A stretch of 64,000 nucleotides of DNA from a virus, in the IMG/VR virus record IMGVR_UViG_3300009128_001633, positions 31,857 through 95,856 of that record; one strand, 5' to 3'. The translations under genes were made by a program, and so were the position numbers. This document shows positions 9,821 through 19,799 of the stretch, piece by piece. Under the pieces are notes generated by a model. It saw nothing but the letters and a program-made list of their open reading frames with translations, was not told the DNA's origin and ran no database searches. The first letter of the stretch is position 1, and each line of letters starts with the position of its first letter.

Positions 9821-11714
9821 TTGCTTCCCCCAACATTTCATCTAATTTTTGTAGAGTGTTAAAAAATTTTGGATATAATATATCAATTACACTTCTCATA
9901 TTCTCAACCCTTGGATATTCATGAGCAAAATGCATAATATAAGCTTCTGTTTTATTTGGATTTTGACCTCTGGAAGTAAACCCATTTATTTCCATACCAT
10001 TAAACTTTTTATCAAGTGGAAAAAACTTATACCCATTTCTAAATAAATTAAAGTTCAAAAGAGTCTGGTCTTTAAATTGAGAATTAAACCTTTCTCTTAA
10101 CTCTGGATTACTAAACAGACCTTTATGGTGTTTAGAAAATAACAACACTCCAGAATTGAAGTATCCAGAATGCCAACCAACAAAACCTAATGCTCTTTGA
10201 ACTTCCATTGCTTCATCGTATCTATTTAGATTACCCCATATACCATCAAAATTATCTGCAACAGCAGCAACATGATCGAAAGGTACTATATTAAATAAAT
10301 CTGGACAATCAGGATGAATAACTATGTCTACATCTAAATATAATATCCTATCATATTTATCCAAAAACTCAGCCATTTGAAATTTTTCTAAATTTGGGTA
10401 CATGCCATTAATTTTTTCATCATCAATTACTATAACCTCTGCATTTGTCTTACTACCATAATTCATAAAACAATCTAGCGTAACCCCCAACATCTCTTTT
10501 GCTTCATCACCAATAGCCAACGTAACTATTGCTCTTTTTTCATCTACATCATGCTCAAGTTGTTTAGACTTAGGTGTCATATGCTTTGTTACACTATATA
10601 ATGGCAATAACTCATTGTTAATTGTATCAACAATAACATCTGGCTCTATAACCACTAAACATGGACTATAGCCATCGGATAGAGCATGACGACATGGTCT
10701 ATTGCCATGCAAAAAACATGGAGAACAGTTTGTCGCACCATCAATACCTATTGCATTATCGAAATATTTAATCCTGAGTTCACTTGGTATCGGACCAAAT
10801 AATCCAATCATTGGTTTGTTAAGTGCTCCCGCTATATGTAACCCCGAAGTGTCTGCCCCAACAAATATGTTACAACAATTTATTATTGAAAATAAATGTT
10901 TTAAAGAAAGACAATGACGAGCAAAGTTAAATGACATCTTTTCGTCACACATATCGTATCTATTTATTAATTCAGTAACATTAGGTTCACCTATTATTAC
11001 TGTTTTTATATCTTGTGCGTTCAATAGTGAAACGAGATGCTTGAATTTTTCTAACGGATAATTCCTCAATATTGTTGAAGTTTGTAACTGAATCCCAACA
11101 ACAGGATAACCTTCAGCTAAACCCAATCCTTCAAAAGTTATTGCCACATCATGATCTATGTCAGGGTTGAAATGTATTTCAGGTATTTTATCGATTCTTG
11201 GAAAATCATCATGATTCATTGAGAACGCTTTTATAAACAAATCATAAATATTTATAGTAGTTGAATCCACTGTTTTTGTTTCAACTAAACCTTGAAAAAA
11301 TATTGTATAATCTGATTCGTTTACTATTTCGAGTGGATATGGTAGGTGTACATATTTGTCAACAAAAGGATTGTTGACAAACAATTCACTGTACATTTCA
11401 GAACTGCCAACTATAACTTTACACGAAGGATTTCTTTTCTTTATGATTTTAATAGGGACCATCATTGCCATAAGGTCCCCAATACCAGAAGTTCTAAAAG
11501 CAAATATTGTTTTACCTTCTAAATTCTGACCAGTATATGGCTTCATGTATTTATAAAAACTAAGTTCTTCACTTATAGCCCTTTCACCATATACAAGCTT
11601 TATTTCTGTTATCAACCTTTCATCCAAAATGTAAAACTTGCCCTTATCGACCTTAGTTGAGTCTCCCTTCGACAGAGGTAAATCTATATCTGTCGTAAAT
11701 GAAAATATTCTCAT
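9810..11714 (-). CDS. GT9 (heptosyltransferase-like) + GT8 fusion glycosyltransferase
   Basis: N part GIGDL...VGADTSGLHIAGALNKPMIGLFGP...CSPC; C part YDRILYLDVDI...YFNSGVLL...DQTLLN...IMHFA. Confidence 0.9.
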   Translation of the reverse strand: MRIFSFTTDIDLPLSKGDSTKVDKGKFYILDERLITEIKLVYGERAISEELSFYKYMKPYTGQNLEGKTIFAFRTSGIGDLMAMMVPIKIIKKRNPSCKVIVGSSEMYSELFVNNPFVDKYVHLPYPLEIVNESDYTIFFQGLVETKTVDSTTINIYDLFIKAFSMNHDDFPRIDKIPEIHFNPDIDHDVAITFEGLGLAEGYPVVGIQLQTSTILRNYPLEKFKHLVSLLNAQDIKTVIIGEPNVTELINRYDMCDEKMSFNFARHCLSLKHLFSIINCCNIFVGADTSGLHIAGALNKPMIGLFGPIPSELRIKYFDNAIGIDGATNCSPCFLHGNRPCRHALSDGYSPCLVVIEPDVIVDTINNELLPLYSVTKHMTPKSKQLEHDVDEKRAIVTLAIGDEAKEMLGVTLDCFMNYGSKTNAEVIVIDDEKINGMYPNLEKFQMAEFLDKYDRILYLDVDIVIHPDCPDLFNIVPFDHVAAVADNFDGIWGNLNRYDEAMEVQRALGFVGWHSGYFNSGVLLFSKHHKGLFSNPELRERFNSQFKDQTLLNFNLFRNGYKFFPLDKKFNGMEINGFTSRGQNPNKTEAYIMHFAHEYPRVENMRSVIDILYPKFFNTLQKLDEMLGEANGK

Positions 11715-11723
11715 TTTGCCCTC

Positions 11724-12089
11724 CTAACTTAAATTGTATTTAATTATCTCTATATCCCCATTCACCACCCCCTCTTGACTTACAATAATTTCATTAGACA
11801 TATATGTTGCGAATCTATTAACTATTATCTGATGTGGCATGTTTAAGACATCAGATAATAGTTTTAACAAAGAATTTGCAATAACACTTTGAATTGAGCA
11901 TTCCCTACGCAACTGAACAAAACCTTCTTTCATGTCAAGACTATCTTGTGTAGATGAGATTTTAAAATTAACAAAATCTCTAGCAATTACTGATATCATT
12001 TGATTCGTTCTATAGTCAGATTCAGTTCTACTAAGACTTTTTGATCTTGGCGGTTTTTTCTTTCCAACTTTACTCCTATTTTTACCCAT
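11724..12089 (-). CDS. Hypothetical protein
   Basis: ORF with GGAGG RBS. Confidence 0.6.
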   Translation of the reverse strand: MGKNRSKVGKKKPPRSKSLSRTESDYRTNQMISVIARDFVNFKISSTQDSLDMKEGFVQLRRECSIQSVIANSLLKLLSDVLNMPHQIIVNRFATYMSNEIIVSQEGVVNGDIEIIKYNLS

Positions 12090-12108
12090 ATCGCCCTCCT
12101 AAAGTTAA

Positions 12109-12342
12109 TCAATAACTTTCTAACTTTTTTTCCTTCTTCGGCTCTTCACTTAGCATATTGTATAATTTCTCTATATTTTTTACAGAATCGTTACCTTCGA
12201 ATCCAACAGAGATTTGCATACCTGCTGGAGTATATGTCTTTGTAATATGAGCTTTTTCAACACGCTCACCCTTAAACAATACAGTAAAACATCCAGATAA
12301 CAATAACGACAATAATATTATACTAAGCAGTAATTTTTTCAT
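12109..12342 (-). CDS. Lipoprotein (possible outer-membrane spanin)
   Basis: MKK + hydrophobic stretch + lipobox LSGC; near lysis genes. Confidence 0.6.
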   Translation of the reverse strand: MKKLLLSIILLSLLLSGCFTVLFKGERVEKAHITKTYTPAGMQISVGFEGNDSVKNIEKLYNMLSEEPKKEKKLESY

Positions 12343-13099
12343 AATATTCTATTAACACTCCTATTACGCCGACCTTCTGACCATAATCATCGTTACCATC
12401 ATGATCTCTATAGAGTTTCAACATAACAGTTTCACCCGCTACTAAATCTGTCACTGTAACTGTATTACTTAATGGAGTCATAAAAATATCATATTGAGCA
12501 TGTGTCATTCCAGTTTCATTAGAAGCAATCTCATCACCAAATGTACCATTCAAAGAATCTCCATCTCCTATTGAATATCCACTTAGTTTAAATTCAACTT
12601 CTTCGTTGCTGGGACCAGTCGCATTGGTTACTAAACATTTGACAATGAATTTTATTCCTGAAGATGCTATGATATTGGTTGGCACTTCCCACCCATAAAC
12701 TAGATCCTCACTAGAATCATTAGCAAAAGTTCTAGCAGATATAGCACCATTACCACTTGTGTAATTAGAAGCACTATCCGGCGGAGAAGATCCGTTTAGC
12801 CAATCTCTTACGGGAATAAAACTATACGTCTTTCGTATAGTTACAGGGCCAACAGAAGTCCAATCTGTTCCATTCCATGCCACTTCGTCATTAGCATAGA
12901 ATGATTGACCAGTGTTTGTCTTAGTACCGTCGTTATCTGTAACATCAGCGGTTACTCTATAAAACCAACCAGTTTCAACAGCGGCAGATGTTGGAAAATC
13001 AGCAGCAACACCAATTGCGCCCTTAAACTGTAAAGGAGAAGATATGTTCTGGACTTGATCAAAACTTCCAGAAATTGGATTTATCGTATGCTTTTTCAT
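12323..13099 (-). CDS. Fibre/spike-like virion protein; C-terminal domain related to 24424-26455 fibres
   Basis: LQFKG...GWFYRVT...VAWNGTDW N-part; C-terminal GETVMLKLYRD..NDDY..VGVIGVLIEY resembles GDLVLFKVSRN..TDDM..AWLFGCWIQY. Confidence 0.55.
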   Translation of the reverse strand: MKKHTINPISGSFDQVQNISSPLQFKGAIGVAADFPTSAAVETGWFYRVTADVTDNDGTKTNTGQSFYANDEVAWNGTDWTSVGPVTIRKTYSFIPVRDWLNGSSPPDSASNYTSGNGAISARTFANDSSEDLVYGWEVPTNIIASSGIKFIVKCLVTNATGPSNEEVEFKLSGYSIGDGDSLNGTFGDEIASNETGMTHAQYDIFMTPLSNTVTVTDLVAGETVMLKLYRDHDGNDDYGQKVGVIGVLIEYYEKITA

Positions 13100-13110
13100 T
13101 TATATACCTC

Positions 13111-13338
13111 CTAACTATAGGAATATCCTGCTCTTTCATCCCACTCTTTGTCAAACTCATTAGTACCATCTGCAAATTGAACATCTGTGACGTTGCCATC
13201 ACCATCAACTGTTACTTTTCTAATTTGCCATTCTGTATCACTTGTGGCAGTTCCTGGAGCAGCATATCCTATATAAACAGGATTACCACCAGAATACGTC
13301 GCTTTCATAGTCAGTGAAGTCTCTTGAAACGGTAACAT
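13111..13338 (-). CDS. Small acidic virion-associated hypothetical protein
   Basis: Strong RBS (AAAGGAGG); YIGYAAPG...WQIRK...WDERAGYSY. Confidence 0.6.
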   Translation of the reverse strand: MLPFQETSLTMKATYSGGNPVYIGYAAPGTATSDTEWQIRKVTVDGDGNVTDVQFADGTNEFDKEWDERAGYSYS

Positions 13339-13405
13339 TTTTCCACCTCCTTTAAATTAGTATAATATAGTTAATATACAAGTTAAGAAGCTAATTTATA
13401 ATAAA

Positions 13406-14053
13406 TTAATTTTTCAAATTCCCATCATTCAATCGCATCATGAACTTAGCTATCCTTCTATCTGAAAACCACCATGACACACAAGTTACTGTCAAATAAA
13501 TAGCAGCATCAACAGATAACATCACTATTTTAACAGCTTGTTCAACAGTCCATTGATGATTAGAAACTTTTAATATGCCCAATGCTTCCGTTAATATTTT
13601 ACCAAAAACAATAATAAGAAAAATTGTAATTCCAGGTCTCATTAAGTGTTTTATGAAATCAACAAGTCCGAAAGCAAAAGCAACAATAGTGGCAATTGGA
13701 ATTGTAAAATATCTAGGCCATCCCTCTACTTCCATCATCTTAGTCATAAAAGAAGCCTTAAACAAAGAAACCATAGCATTCTTTTGACTTTGCATAAATG
13801 ATTCAGCTTCTTTAAGATTAATAGCACCTTCAATTTCTGACTTCTTGATCTGCATATTCATATCAGCTTCGGCCATAGCATAAATATGATCTTGTCTATC
13901 TGCCTTAATTTCAAGCTCTTTCAACTCCATCTTTTGCTTGTGAGCCTGTTTTTGTTTGAAATAGTTAAATATGTTGGAGAACAATGATCCAAAAATACCA
14001 GTTACGACTCCTCCAACAGGTCCACCGAAAATAGTTGCTAATGTTGATAACAT
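13406..14053 (-). CDS. Holin-like membrane protein (3TM-type)
   Basis: Several hydrophobic helices; MRPGITI and WWFSDR motifs; adjacent to the endolysin candidate. Confidence 0.65.
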   Translation of the reverse strand: MLSTLATIFGGPVGGVVTGIFGSLFSNIFNYFKQKQAHKQKMELKELEIKADRQDHIYAMAEADMNMQIKKSEIEGAINLKEAESFMQSQKNAMVSLFKASFMTKMMEVEGWPRYFTIPIATIVAFAFGLVDFIKHLMRPGITIFLIIVFGKILTEALGILKVSNHQWTVEQAVKIVMLSVDAAIYLTVTCVSWWFSDRRIAKFMMRLNDGNLKN

Positions 14054-14472
14054 TAGAATTCCTCCCTTATTTTAAGTAAATACGTTTCACCGCACATAAT
14101 TCTCATAAACTTCTTTACTATTGGGCGAGAACACAAAACAGCTTCTTGCCCTTTTAGCTTTCCAAGATATTTTCCTAATAACTGGCATCCATTTGTATGT
14201 GTAAATAATCCTAAAGAAACATCTCCACATAGATTCCCAGAATGTTGTAATATATATAATCTGCCGGGAACATTTGTAATATGATAAGTTATCCCATATT
14301 TAGGAGATTCTCTTAGCTTAACCAAATAATCTCCTACTGGAATGCAAGATATACTTCTTACATTATTTCTCCATGGCAATTCACCAACAAAAAAAGAAAA
14401 CTCAGGAATTATAATACGACCAAACGTCCCATGATCTGATTTTTTGATTCTTATGTGTATTACTTCTATCAT
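14053..14472 (-). CDS. Putative endolysin (DUF5675-like)
   Basis: TFGR...ELPWRNN..SISCIPVGDY...SPKYG...VPGR..ILQHSGN...TNGCQLLG. Confidence 0.75.
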   Translation of the reverse strand: MIEVIHIRIKKSDHGTFGRIIIPEFSFFVGELPWRNNVRSISCIPVGDYLVKLRESPKYGITYHITNVPGRLYILQHSGNLCGDVSLGLFTHTNGCQLLGKYLGKLKGQEAVLCSRPIVKKFMRIMCGETYLLKIREEF

Positions 14473-14870
14473 TATATATCCCCTAGACATTCTGGTTTAA
14501 CACTAAGTGCAGATGGATAAGGAGACCCGTTAAAAAATTTATCAACTTTTCTATCAAAATCACTATCAATGTATAAAAATTTTAGTTTATAATCAAATAT
14601 AACAAAAGGTTGTTTCATTTTAACTCCATTACAAACAAGAAAAACAGCATTAAAAGCACAATTATCATTTTTATCATGATAATGATGCAATATTGCATCA
14701 TTAGGACTTATATTACGAACTAGACTAGTGAAAACAATATTATATCCACTAAGATCTGGCATAAAACGTTTATCAGAAGAATCAACATTATGTGGAGATG
14801 AAAAAACTATGAAGGGATAAAAAAAACATAAAAACAAAATAAACAACGAAAATCTTTTTAAAGTACACAT
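14472..14870 (-). CDS. Secreted/periplasmic hypothetical protein
   Basis: N-terminal signal-peptide-like hydrophobic stretch. Confidence 0.55.
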   Translation of the reverse strand: MCTLKRFSLFILFLCFFYPFIVFSSPHNVDSSDKRFMPDLSGYNIVFTSLVRNISPNDAILHHYHDKNDNCAFNAVFLVCNGVKMKQPFVIFDYKLKFLYIDSDFDRKVDKFFNGSPYPSALSVKPECLGDI

Positions 14871-14896
14871 AGTTATATCTCCTGTTTTGCTATGAA

Positions 14897-15373
14897 CTAT
14901 CTTATGTTTTTGTTACTAAAAAACTTAAATATTTTTTCATATTTTTTTACAATCCATCTACTAAAACCATTAGCAATTTTTAAATCTCTTAATCTACAAT
15001 AAATATGCAATGGATTTAAAAAATGACTAAAACCACCTTTCCTTAAAACAAATTTCTCAAGAAACATACGATAAATCATTGTGATCATTATTAAAAATGT
15101 ACCAATCACAATAAATAAATCTTTTACTTTCCAATACCATCTATGCAAAAAATCAAAATCATAAAACGTACTTCCAATTCTACCGTAAACTAACATGTAA
15201 TAATGTAATACAATCCCCGCCATGGTTATTCCTACAGAAAAATATACATGACCAATACTTCCACGTTTAACCCATTTTCTTGTCCAATCCCAAACAAACA
15301 AACATAAAGTTATATAAGAAAACAAAGATATTGAAATATAACTCCAAAGAGTCCAATCATTTAGCACATCCAT
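14897..15373 (-). CDS. Integral membrane protein (3 TM)
   Basis: Three hydrophobic segments; start taken at MDVLND. Confidence 0.6.
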   Translation of the reverse strand: MDVLNDWTLWSYISISLFSYITLCLFVWDWTRKWVKRGSIGHVYFSVGITMAGIVLHYYMLVYGRIGSTFYDFDFLHRWYWKVKDLFIVIGTFLIMITMIYRMFLEKFVLRKGGFSHFLNPLHIYCRLRDLKIANGFSRWIVKKYEKIFKFFSNKNIR

Positions 15374-15548
15374 TAGACATCCTCCCCCACTTATTTTCAC
15401 CATTAAGAGTAACTTCAGCATTCTCTAATAAACAGTTAGCATTTTTAATCGATTTTTTTGTTTCACTTATGACCTTTAACACTTCTTCTCTTGATGTTCT
15501 TAAAGGCTTCCTCCACAAATGAAATTCTATATTCCCAAATAGTTTCAT
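15357..15548 (-). CDS. Hypothetical protein
   Basis: AAGGAG RBS; collinear with the operon. Confidence 0.5.
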   Translation of the reverse strand: MKLFGNIEFHLWRKPLRTSREEVLKVISETKKSIKNANCLLENAEVTLNGENKWGRMSNGCAK

Positions 15549-15563
15549 TTTTCGTTAACTCCT

Positions 15564-15794
15564 TTACGGTTTTTGGATGACTTTCATAATACCATCAAGT
15601 ACACCTGAAAAATGATCTACCGAAGTCCTAACATCCTTAAATGTATCCTGCATATCACCAATGGTACTCCAAGCCTTATCAGCTTCTTTTTCTCTTGCTT
15701 TTTCTTGCCAATATATAACAACTAAAAGACAAAACATACCAACAAGAGGCAATGGAATAACATTAAAAGCATCAGCTAACCATTTCATAAACAT
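15564..15794 (-). CDS. Single-TM + coiled-coil protein (holin/antiholin-like)
   Basis: IPLPLVGMFCLLVVIYW followed by a charged helix. Confidence 0.55.
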   Translation of the reverse strand: MFMKWLADAFNVIPLPLVGMFCLLVVIYWQEKAREKEADKAWSTIGDMQDTFKDVRTSVDHFSGVLDGIMKVIQKP

Positions 15795-15797
15795 CTC

Positions 15798-15998
15798 CTA
15801 TATTACAAACATTTTACCATTCTCTGTTATGTCAATTGTGGCAGTTTCAACTATGAATTCTCCACCGACTATTAGCTGTTCATATTCATCTATTGTTAAT
15901 GTTCCACTTGCTATTTTCCAATCCGTCACATTTTCAGCAGCATGTTCATCAGCATCTAATGTGCCATCAATGTCAAGAGATGTAGTTTGTATAGCCAT
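15798..15998 (-). CDS. Small acidic beta-rich hypothetical virion protein
   Basis: MAIQTT N-terminus shared with 19799-20329; GAGG RBS. Confidence 0.55.
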   Translation of the reverse strand: MAIQTTSLDIDGTLDADEHAAENVTDWKIASGTLTIDEYEQLIVGGEFIVETATIDITENGKMFVI

Positions 15999-16008
15999 AA
16001 TGAATACC

Positions 16009-17253
16009 TCATAATGATGTCTTACTTAAAACTAATGAACAAATATCAAGAACTGCCTTCAGATGTCTGACTGTAAGTTCTTTTACACCACTTTTCGCTA
16101 TTGCTAATTCATACAACACAACGAATAACAATTTCTGCAAATCATTCAATATCGCAGAATTGATTCTTATTTCCTTACCAACTAATTTAGCATCCGAACT
16201 AAGAAAATTATACGGATTAATAACTATGTTTGAATCAACAATGGCGACCAATTTTCTACAAACACTAAGATTTCCATCTTCATCATCGCTCAGAATACTC
16301 TTGCTAATCATAACTTCCTTCTTTTCATCCAATGCTTCAACAACTTTAGCATCTGTATTAATAAATTCTGCAAGAATATTTGTTAAATCTTTTGGAAAAG
16401 ATACAACAACATATTTATCAATTGATTTAAGCCTTTTAGAAGCAGATTTATCAACAGAAAGAACAGCATTGTTGCCATATTCTTTGTAAAAAGCTTTTTT
16501 CCAACGACCAATGTTTTCCTTTTGAATTGAAACTAAATCAGCACCATATTCACCTTTTTTAGTCCTGACGGCCTTGTAAAAAGTTCTTATTAGAGAAACA
16601 TCATCTACGGAAGACCATATATAACCAATACACCTTCTTATATCATACGGATCAGCAACATTTCCTTCATCTAATTTTATAAAAGGAGAATTATAACTAT
16701 ATCTATATTGACTTATTCCCTGACAAAATATGTCTCTGACATACAAACCTGAAGGTCTTTCTGCAACTATCTGTCCTTTGTTAGAAGAAAAAATTATTCT
16801 TTTATCACCTTTCTTAATTATTCTATTTTCAAAAACATCACCATTATACCCTTTTATGAAAACAGTTGTTCCATTCTTATGTTTAGCGTTATTTGTATAT
16901 TCAACAGCAAAAACAGATTCATTTTCTATTTCTTCAACAACAGATGATATCAACAAATCACCAGTATGGACTTTGACAACATAACCATTACGCAGAAACA
17001 CTATCATCGCTATTTTTAAACCTTCTCCATGTTTACCTCTTGGATTTTTAATCTTCTTATCCGTAACACCTAATATCAAATGTTTGAAGCTGAAACCATT
17101 ACCATTATCAAATATGGTGACACCTTCAAGAGATTTTTTAACAATAAAATACCCCGCTTCATCAAGCGAATTTTGATAAATCTCTCTAAAAGCTTCCCAA
17201 AATCCCCAATTTTTACGATATTGAATGCTTATTGGATATACTATTTTCTCCAT
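16009..17253 (-). CDS. GHKL (HATPase/Hsp90-like) ATPase
   Basis: REIYQNSLDE (N box), DNGNG (G1), GKHGEGLK (G2), GTTVFI. Confidence 0.85.
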   Translation of the reverse strand: MEKIVYPISIQYRKNWGFWEAFREIYQNSLDEAGYFIVKKSLEGVTIFDNGNGFSFKHLILGVTDKKIKNPRGKHGEGLKIAMIVFLRNGYVVKVHTGDLLISSVVEEIENESVFAVEYTNNAKHKNGTTVFIKGYNGDVFENRIIKKGDKRIIFSSNKGQIVAERPSGLYVRDIFCQGISQYRYSYNSPFIKLDEGNVADPYDIRRCIGYIWSSVDDVSLIRTFYKAVRTKKGEYGADLVSIQKENIGRWKKAFYKEYGNNAVLSVDKSASKRLKSIDKYVVVSFPKDLTNILAEFINTDAKVVEALDEKKEVMISKSILSDDEDGNLSVCRKLVAIVDSNIVINPYNFLSSDAKLVGKEIRINSAILNDLQKLLFVVLYELAIAKSGVKELTVRHLKAVLDICSLVLSKTSL

Positions 17254-17255
17254 AA

Positions 17256-18032
17256 CTAATATCTTTCTGGATACTTTTCTTTTAATAAACTTAAATTATG
17301 TTTCCGCAATTTCTCATATTCATCATCATTAAACATAATTTTAAATGTAGCTTTTGAATGGTGTATTACATAACAACTTAATGCTAATGCTAATTCTAAG
17401 CCACTCTGTTCTAATCTCCTTGCATAATCATCGTCATCACCTAGCCCAACACCAAACCTTTTATCCAAAAGCCCGACCCTCTTGATCGTTTCTCTACGAA
17501 ATGCGACACAAAAGAAAGCCAACATGCCTCTAATTCTTAAAAAAGTTGACCCATATTTATCTTCTAAAATCTTATTACATTCTTTGAGATTATTTGGATT
17601 ATCAAATTTCGGCAAATCATAAACTAGTTTTTCCCTCACCCTACCAAAATATTGCCAATCATGATCATTTGAATTAATTGGACCACATGCACCTATGTCC
17701 GGATTATTAAGTGGAGACAAAAGTTTTTGAATCCATCCATCACTAACAACAACATCATTATTCATAAAAATAACATATTTTCCATTAGTAGCTTTTATGC
17801 CTTGATTCAAACCACTAATCCACCCTAAATTTACATTATTATTAATTACATTCACCCAACTATGCTTCTTTAACCTATCAAGATATTGACACGTACCATC
17901 AGTGGAATTATTATTTATAATAGTCAATTTAAAATTCATTCCTCCACTACCATGAAGCATTGAAGTGATACACCTATGAGTATATTTTAAATTATTCCAC
18001 ACTGGGATTAATATATCTATATAGCTACCCAT
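17256..18032 (-). CDS. Glycosyltransferase family 2
   Basis: ILIPVWN...NNNSTDGT...NLG...NQG...FMNNDV...GLGDDDD. Confidence 0.92.
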   Translation of the reverse strand: MGSYIDILIPVWNNLKYTHRCITSMLHGSGGMNFKLTIINNNSTDGTCQYLDRLKKHSWVNVINNNVNLGWISGLNQGIKATNGKYVIFMNNDVVVSDGWIQKLLSPLNNPDIGACGPINSNDHDWQYFGRVREKLVYDLPKFDNPNNLKECNKILEDKYGSTFLRIRGMLAFFCVAFRRETIKRVGLLDKRFGVGLGDDDDYARRLEQSGLELALALSCYVIHHSKATFKIMFNDDEYEKLRKHNLSLLKEKYPERY

Positions 18033-18034
18033 TT

Positions 18035-19078
18035 TTAATTCCTCTTATTACTTATATCCACAACTTCTTCATATAATTTTAGATATTTCTTCGTTGCATT
18101 ATCCATGCAAAAGTTTTCTTGAGCATATTTAAGTGTTTCATTAAAAACATTTTCTGGATTATCATTTATGTTTTTCCAACATTCATAAATTGCATTTGCT
18201 ATTGAAACTGGATCCATAACAATGGCATGATATCTAGTATATCCACCACGATATGAAACGACCGGAATGCCCATAGCCATAGCTTCCAAAGTATCTCTAC
18301 TAGTTATACCATTTATGTTTGAATTAAATGAAATATCGGCACCTCTTAAAAATGGCCTTAAATCCCTTAACTGTAGTTGAACATTTTCACAATATATGCT
18401 TAAATTTTTTGCTTTCAATATTGTTTCTCTCCATAATGAAACATCTGTAAGTCTGATGCAAAATATGTTCAACCTTGCCTTGGGGATTAACTTTATAACT
18501 TCAGACATAGACCATAATAAAGACATAGGAGTTTTATTAAACCGTATGTTGGCAGTAGATATTATTGCTGGTCTATAGTCATATTCCCACTTAAACCCAT
18601 CAGGATTAAATCTTTGCAGATCAACAGAATCCTGTATGAACACTAAATTATTACCACGCTCATACATTTTCATTATATAATAATCAGACTCATTTATTGC
18701 AACAACTTTGTCAAATCGTTCTAAAAACGAAATATGTATATCAAACTTTTGCTGACCAGTTTGAGTTTCTAACATAACCATATATTCAGCAGTTCCATGC
18801 ATAATTGCTATATTACCATGTTTCCTAACATAAGGAACTAACTTCATCGGAACTGACCTATGCACGACCCAAACATCACATTCGTGTGCGTTTTTCCAAG
18901 GTTTACAAACAATACCACGATCAGTAAACCTTTCTGGATCTGGGTTTTCTTCATCGCAGTTTATTAAAATAGAATCCAATTCAGCTCTACGTTCACAAGT
19001 AATCTGGTCTATAACAAATTCGTGTAATCCAGATCTCCTTGGAGCCCATAAGCTAAAGTGAGCTATTTTCACTATCAA
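18035..19078 (-). CDS. Glycosyltransferase, GT4-like
   Basis: SGLHE; ADISFNS...LEAMAMGIPVV; likely GTG start at 19072. Confidence 0.85.
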   Translation of the reverse strand: MIVKIAHFSLWAPRRSGLHEFVIDQITCERRAELDSILINCDEENPDPERFTDRGIVCKPWKNAHECDVWVVHRSVPMKLVPYVRKHGNIAIMHGTAEYMVMLETQTGQQKFDIHISFLERFDKVVAINESDYYIMKMYERGNNLVFIQDSVDLQRFNPDGFKWEYDYRPAIISTANIRFNKTPMSLLWSMSEVIKLIPKARLNIFCIRLTDVSLWRETILKAKNLSIYCENVQLQLRDLRPFLRGADISFNSNINGITSRDTLEAMAMGIPVVSYRGGYTRYHAIVMDPVSIANAIYECWKNINDNPENVFNETLKYAQENFCMDNATKKYLKLYEEVVDISNKRN

Positions 19079-19799
19079 CCTCCCTAAAGAACCTTTTCCA
19101 CTTTATCATCTTCTTATATTGCTTCCACTCATTTTTACAAAATAAGTTAAAATCTTTTTCAGGTTCATCAATTTCTACATTCATAGCACCTAAACAAAAA
19201 CCAAAAATTCCAGCAAGAATGAAACCACTTTTTTCATTTAACCATTTTTCGCACAATATGTTGAAATGTTCAAAATCTACATCAAAGAAAGAAGCAAATT
19301 TTTGACCAGTTCCATAAAATCTTTTAAAATACCCTTCTTCAGAAATTTCAGGCATATGTATTCCTAAATTTCTACAAATCTTATGCTCCTCATATCCCCA
19401 TTTTTGTTTTATACTTCCCAAAGCCCATCTATCCCAGCCTATTTGATTTTTTATTTCTATATCTTTAATATAAGCTGTCTTCCATATGCGTACACCATAT
19501 ATTGTTGTTTGTAAAGTTACATCAAATAAACTACCAATGACAGAAGCAACATTTATCCTAGATATTATTTTATATAGTACATCTATTGCACTTGGAAATA
19601 AAATACAATCAGAATCCAATATTATTAAGTATTCATAATTACATTCATTTATAGCCTCTGATACAGCATTATATAATGGCTTATTTTCTATAATACGAAT
19701 ACTAAACTTTTTAAACGTTTGATGTTGGAGAGAGTCGATGCATTTATTAAAACGACTCTCTCCAACAGTCAATATTACTATTTCTAGCTGTTTATTCAT
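19053..19799 (-). CDS. Glycosyltransferase, GT2-like
   Basis: CIDSLQHQT; YLIILDSDCIL (DxD). Confidence 0.75.
   Translation of the reverse strand: MNKQLEIVILTVGESRFNKCIDSLQHQTFKKFSIRIIENKPLYNAVSEAINECNYEYLIILDSDCILFPSAIDVLYKIISRINVASVIGSLFDVTLQTTIYGVRIWKTAYIKDIEIKNQIGWDRWALGSIKQKWGYEEHKICRNLGIHMPEISEEGYFKRFYGTGQKFASFFDVDFEHFNILCEKWLNEKSGFILAGIFGFCLGAMNVEIDEPEKDFNLFCKNEWKQYKKMIKWKRFFREVDSENSSL

Noticed and set aside
11353-11381. Inverted repeat TTTGTCAACAA...TTGTTGACAAA
   Set aside because: Inside the GT9 coding sequence, single occurrence, no context suggesting function.
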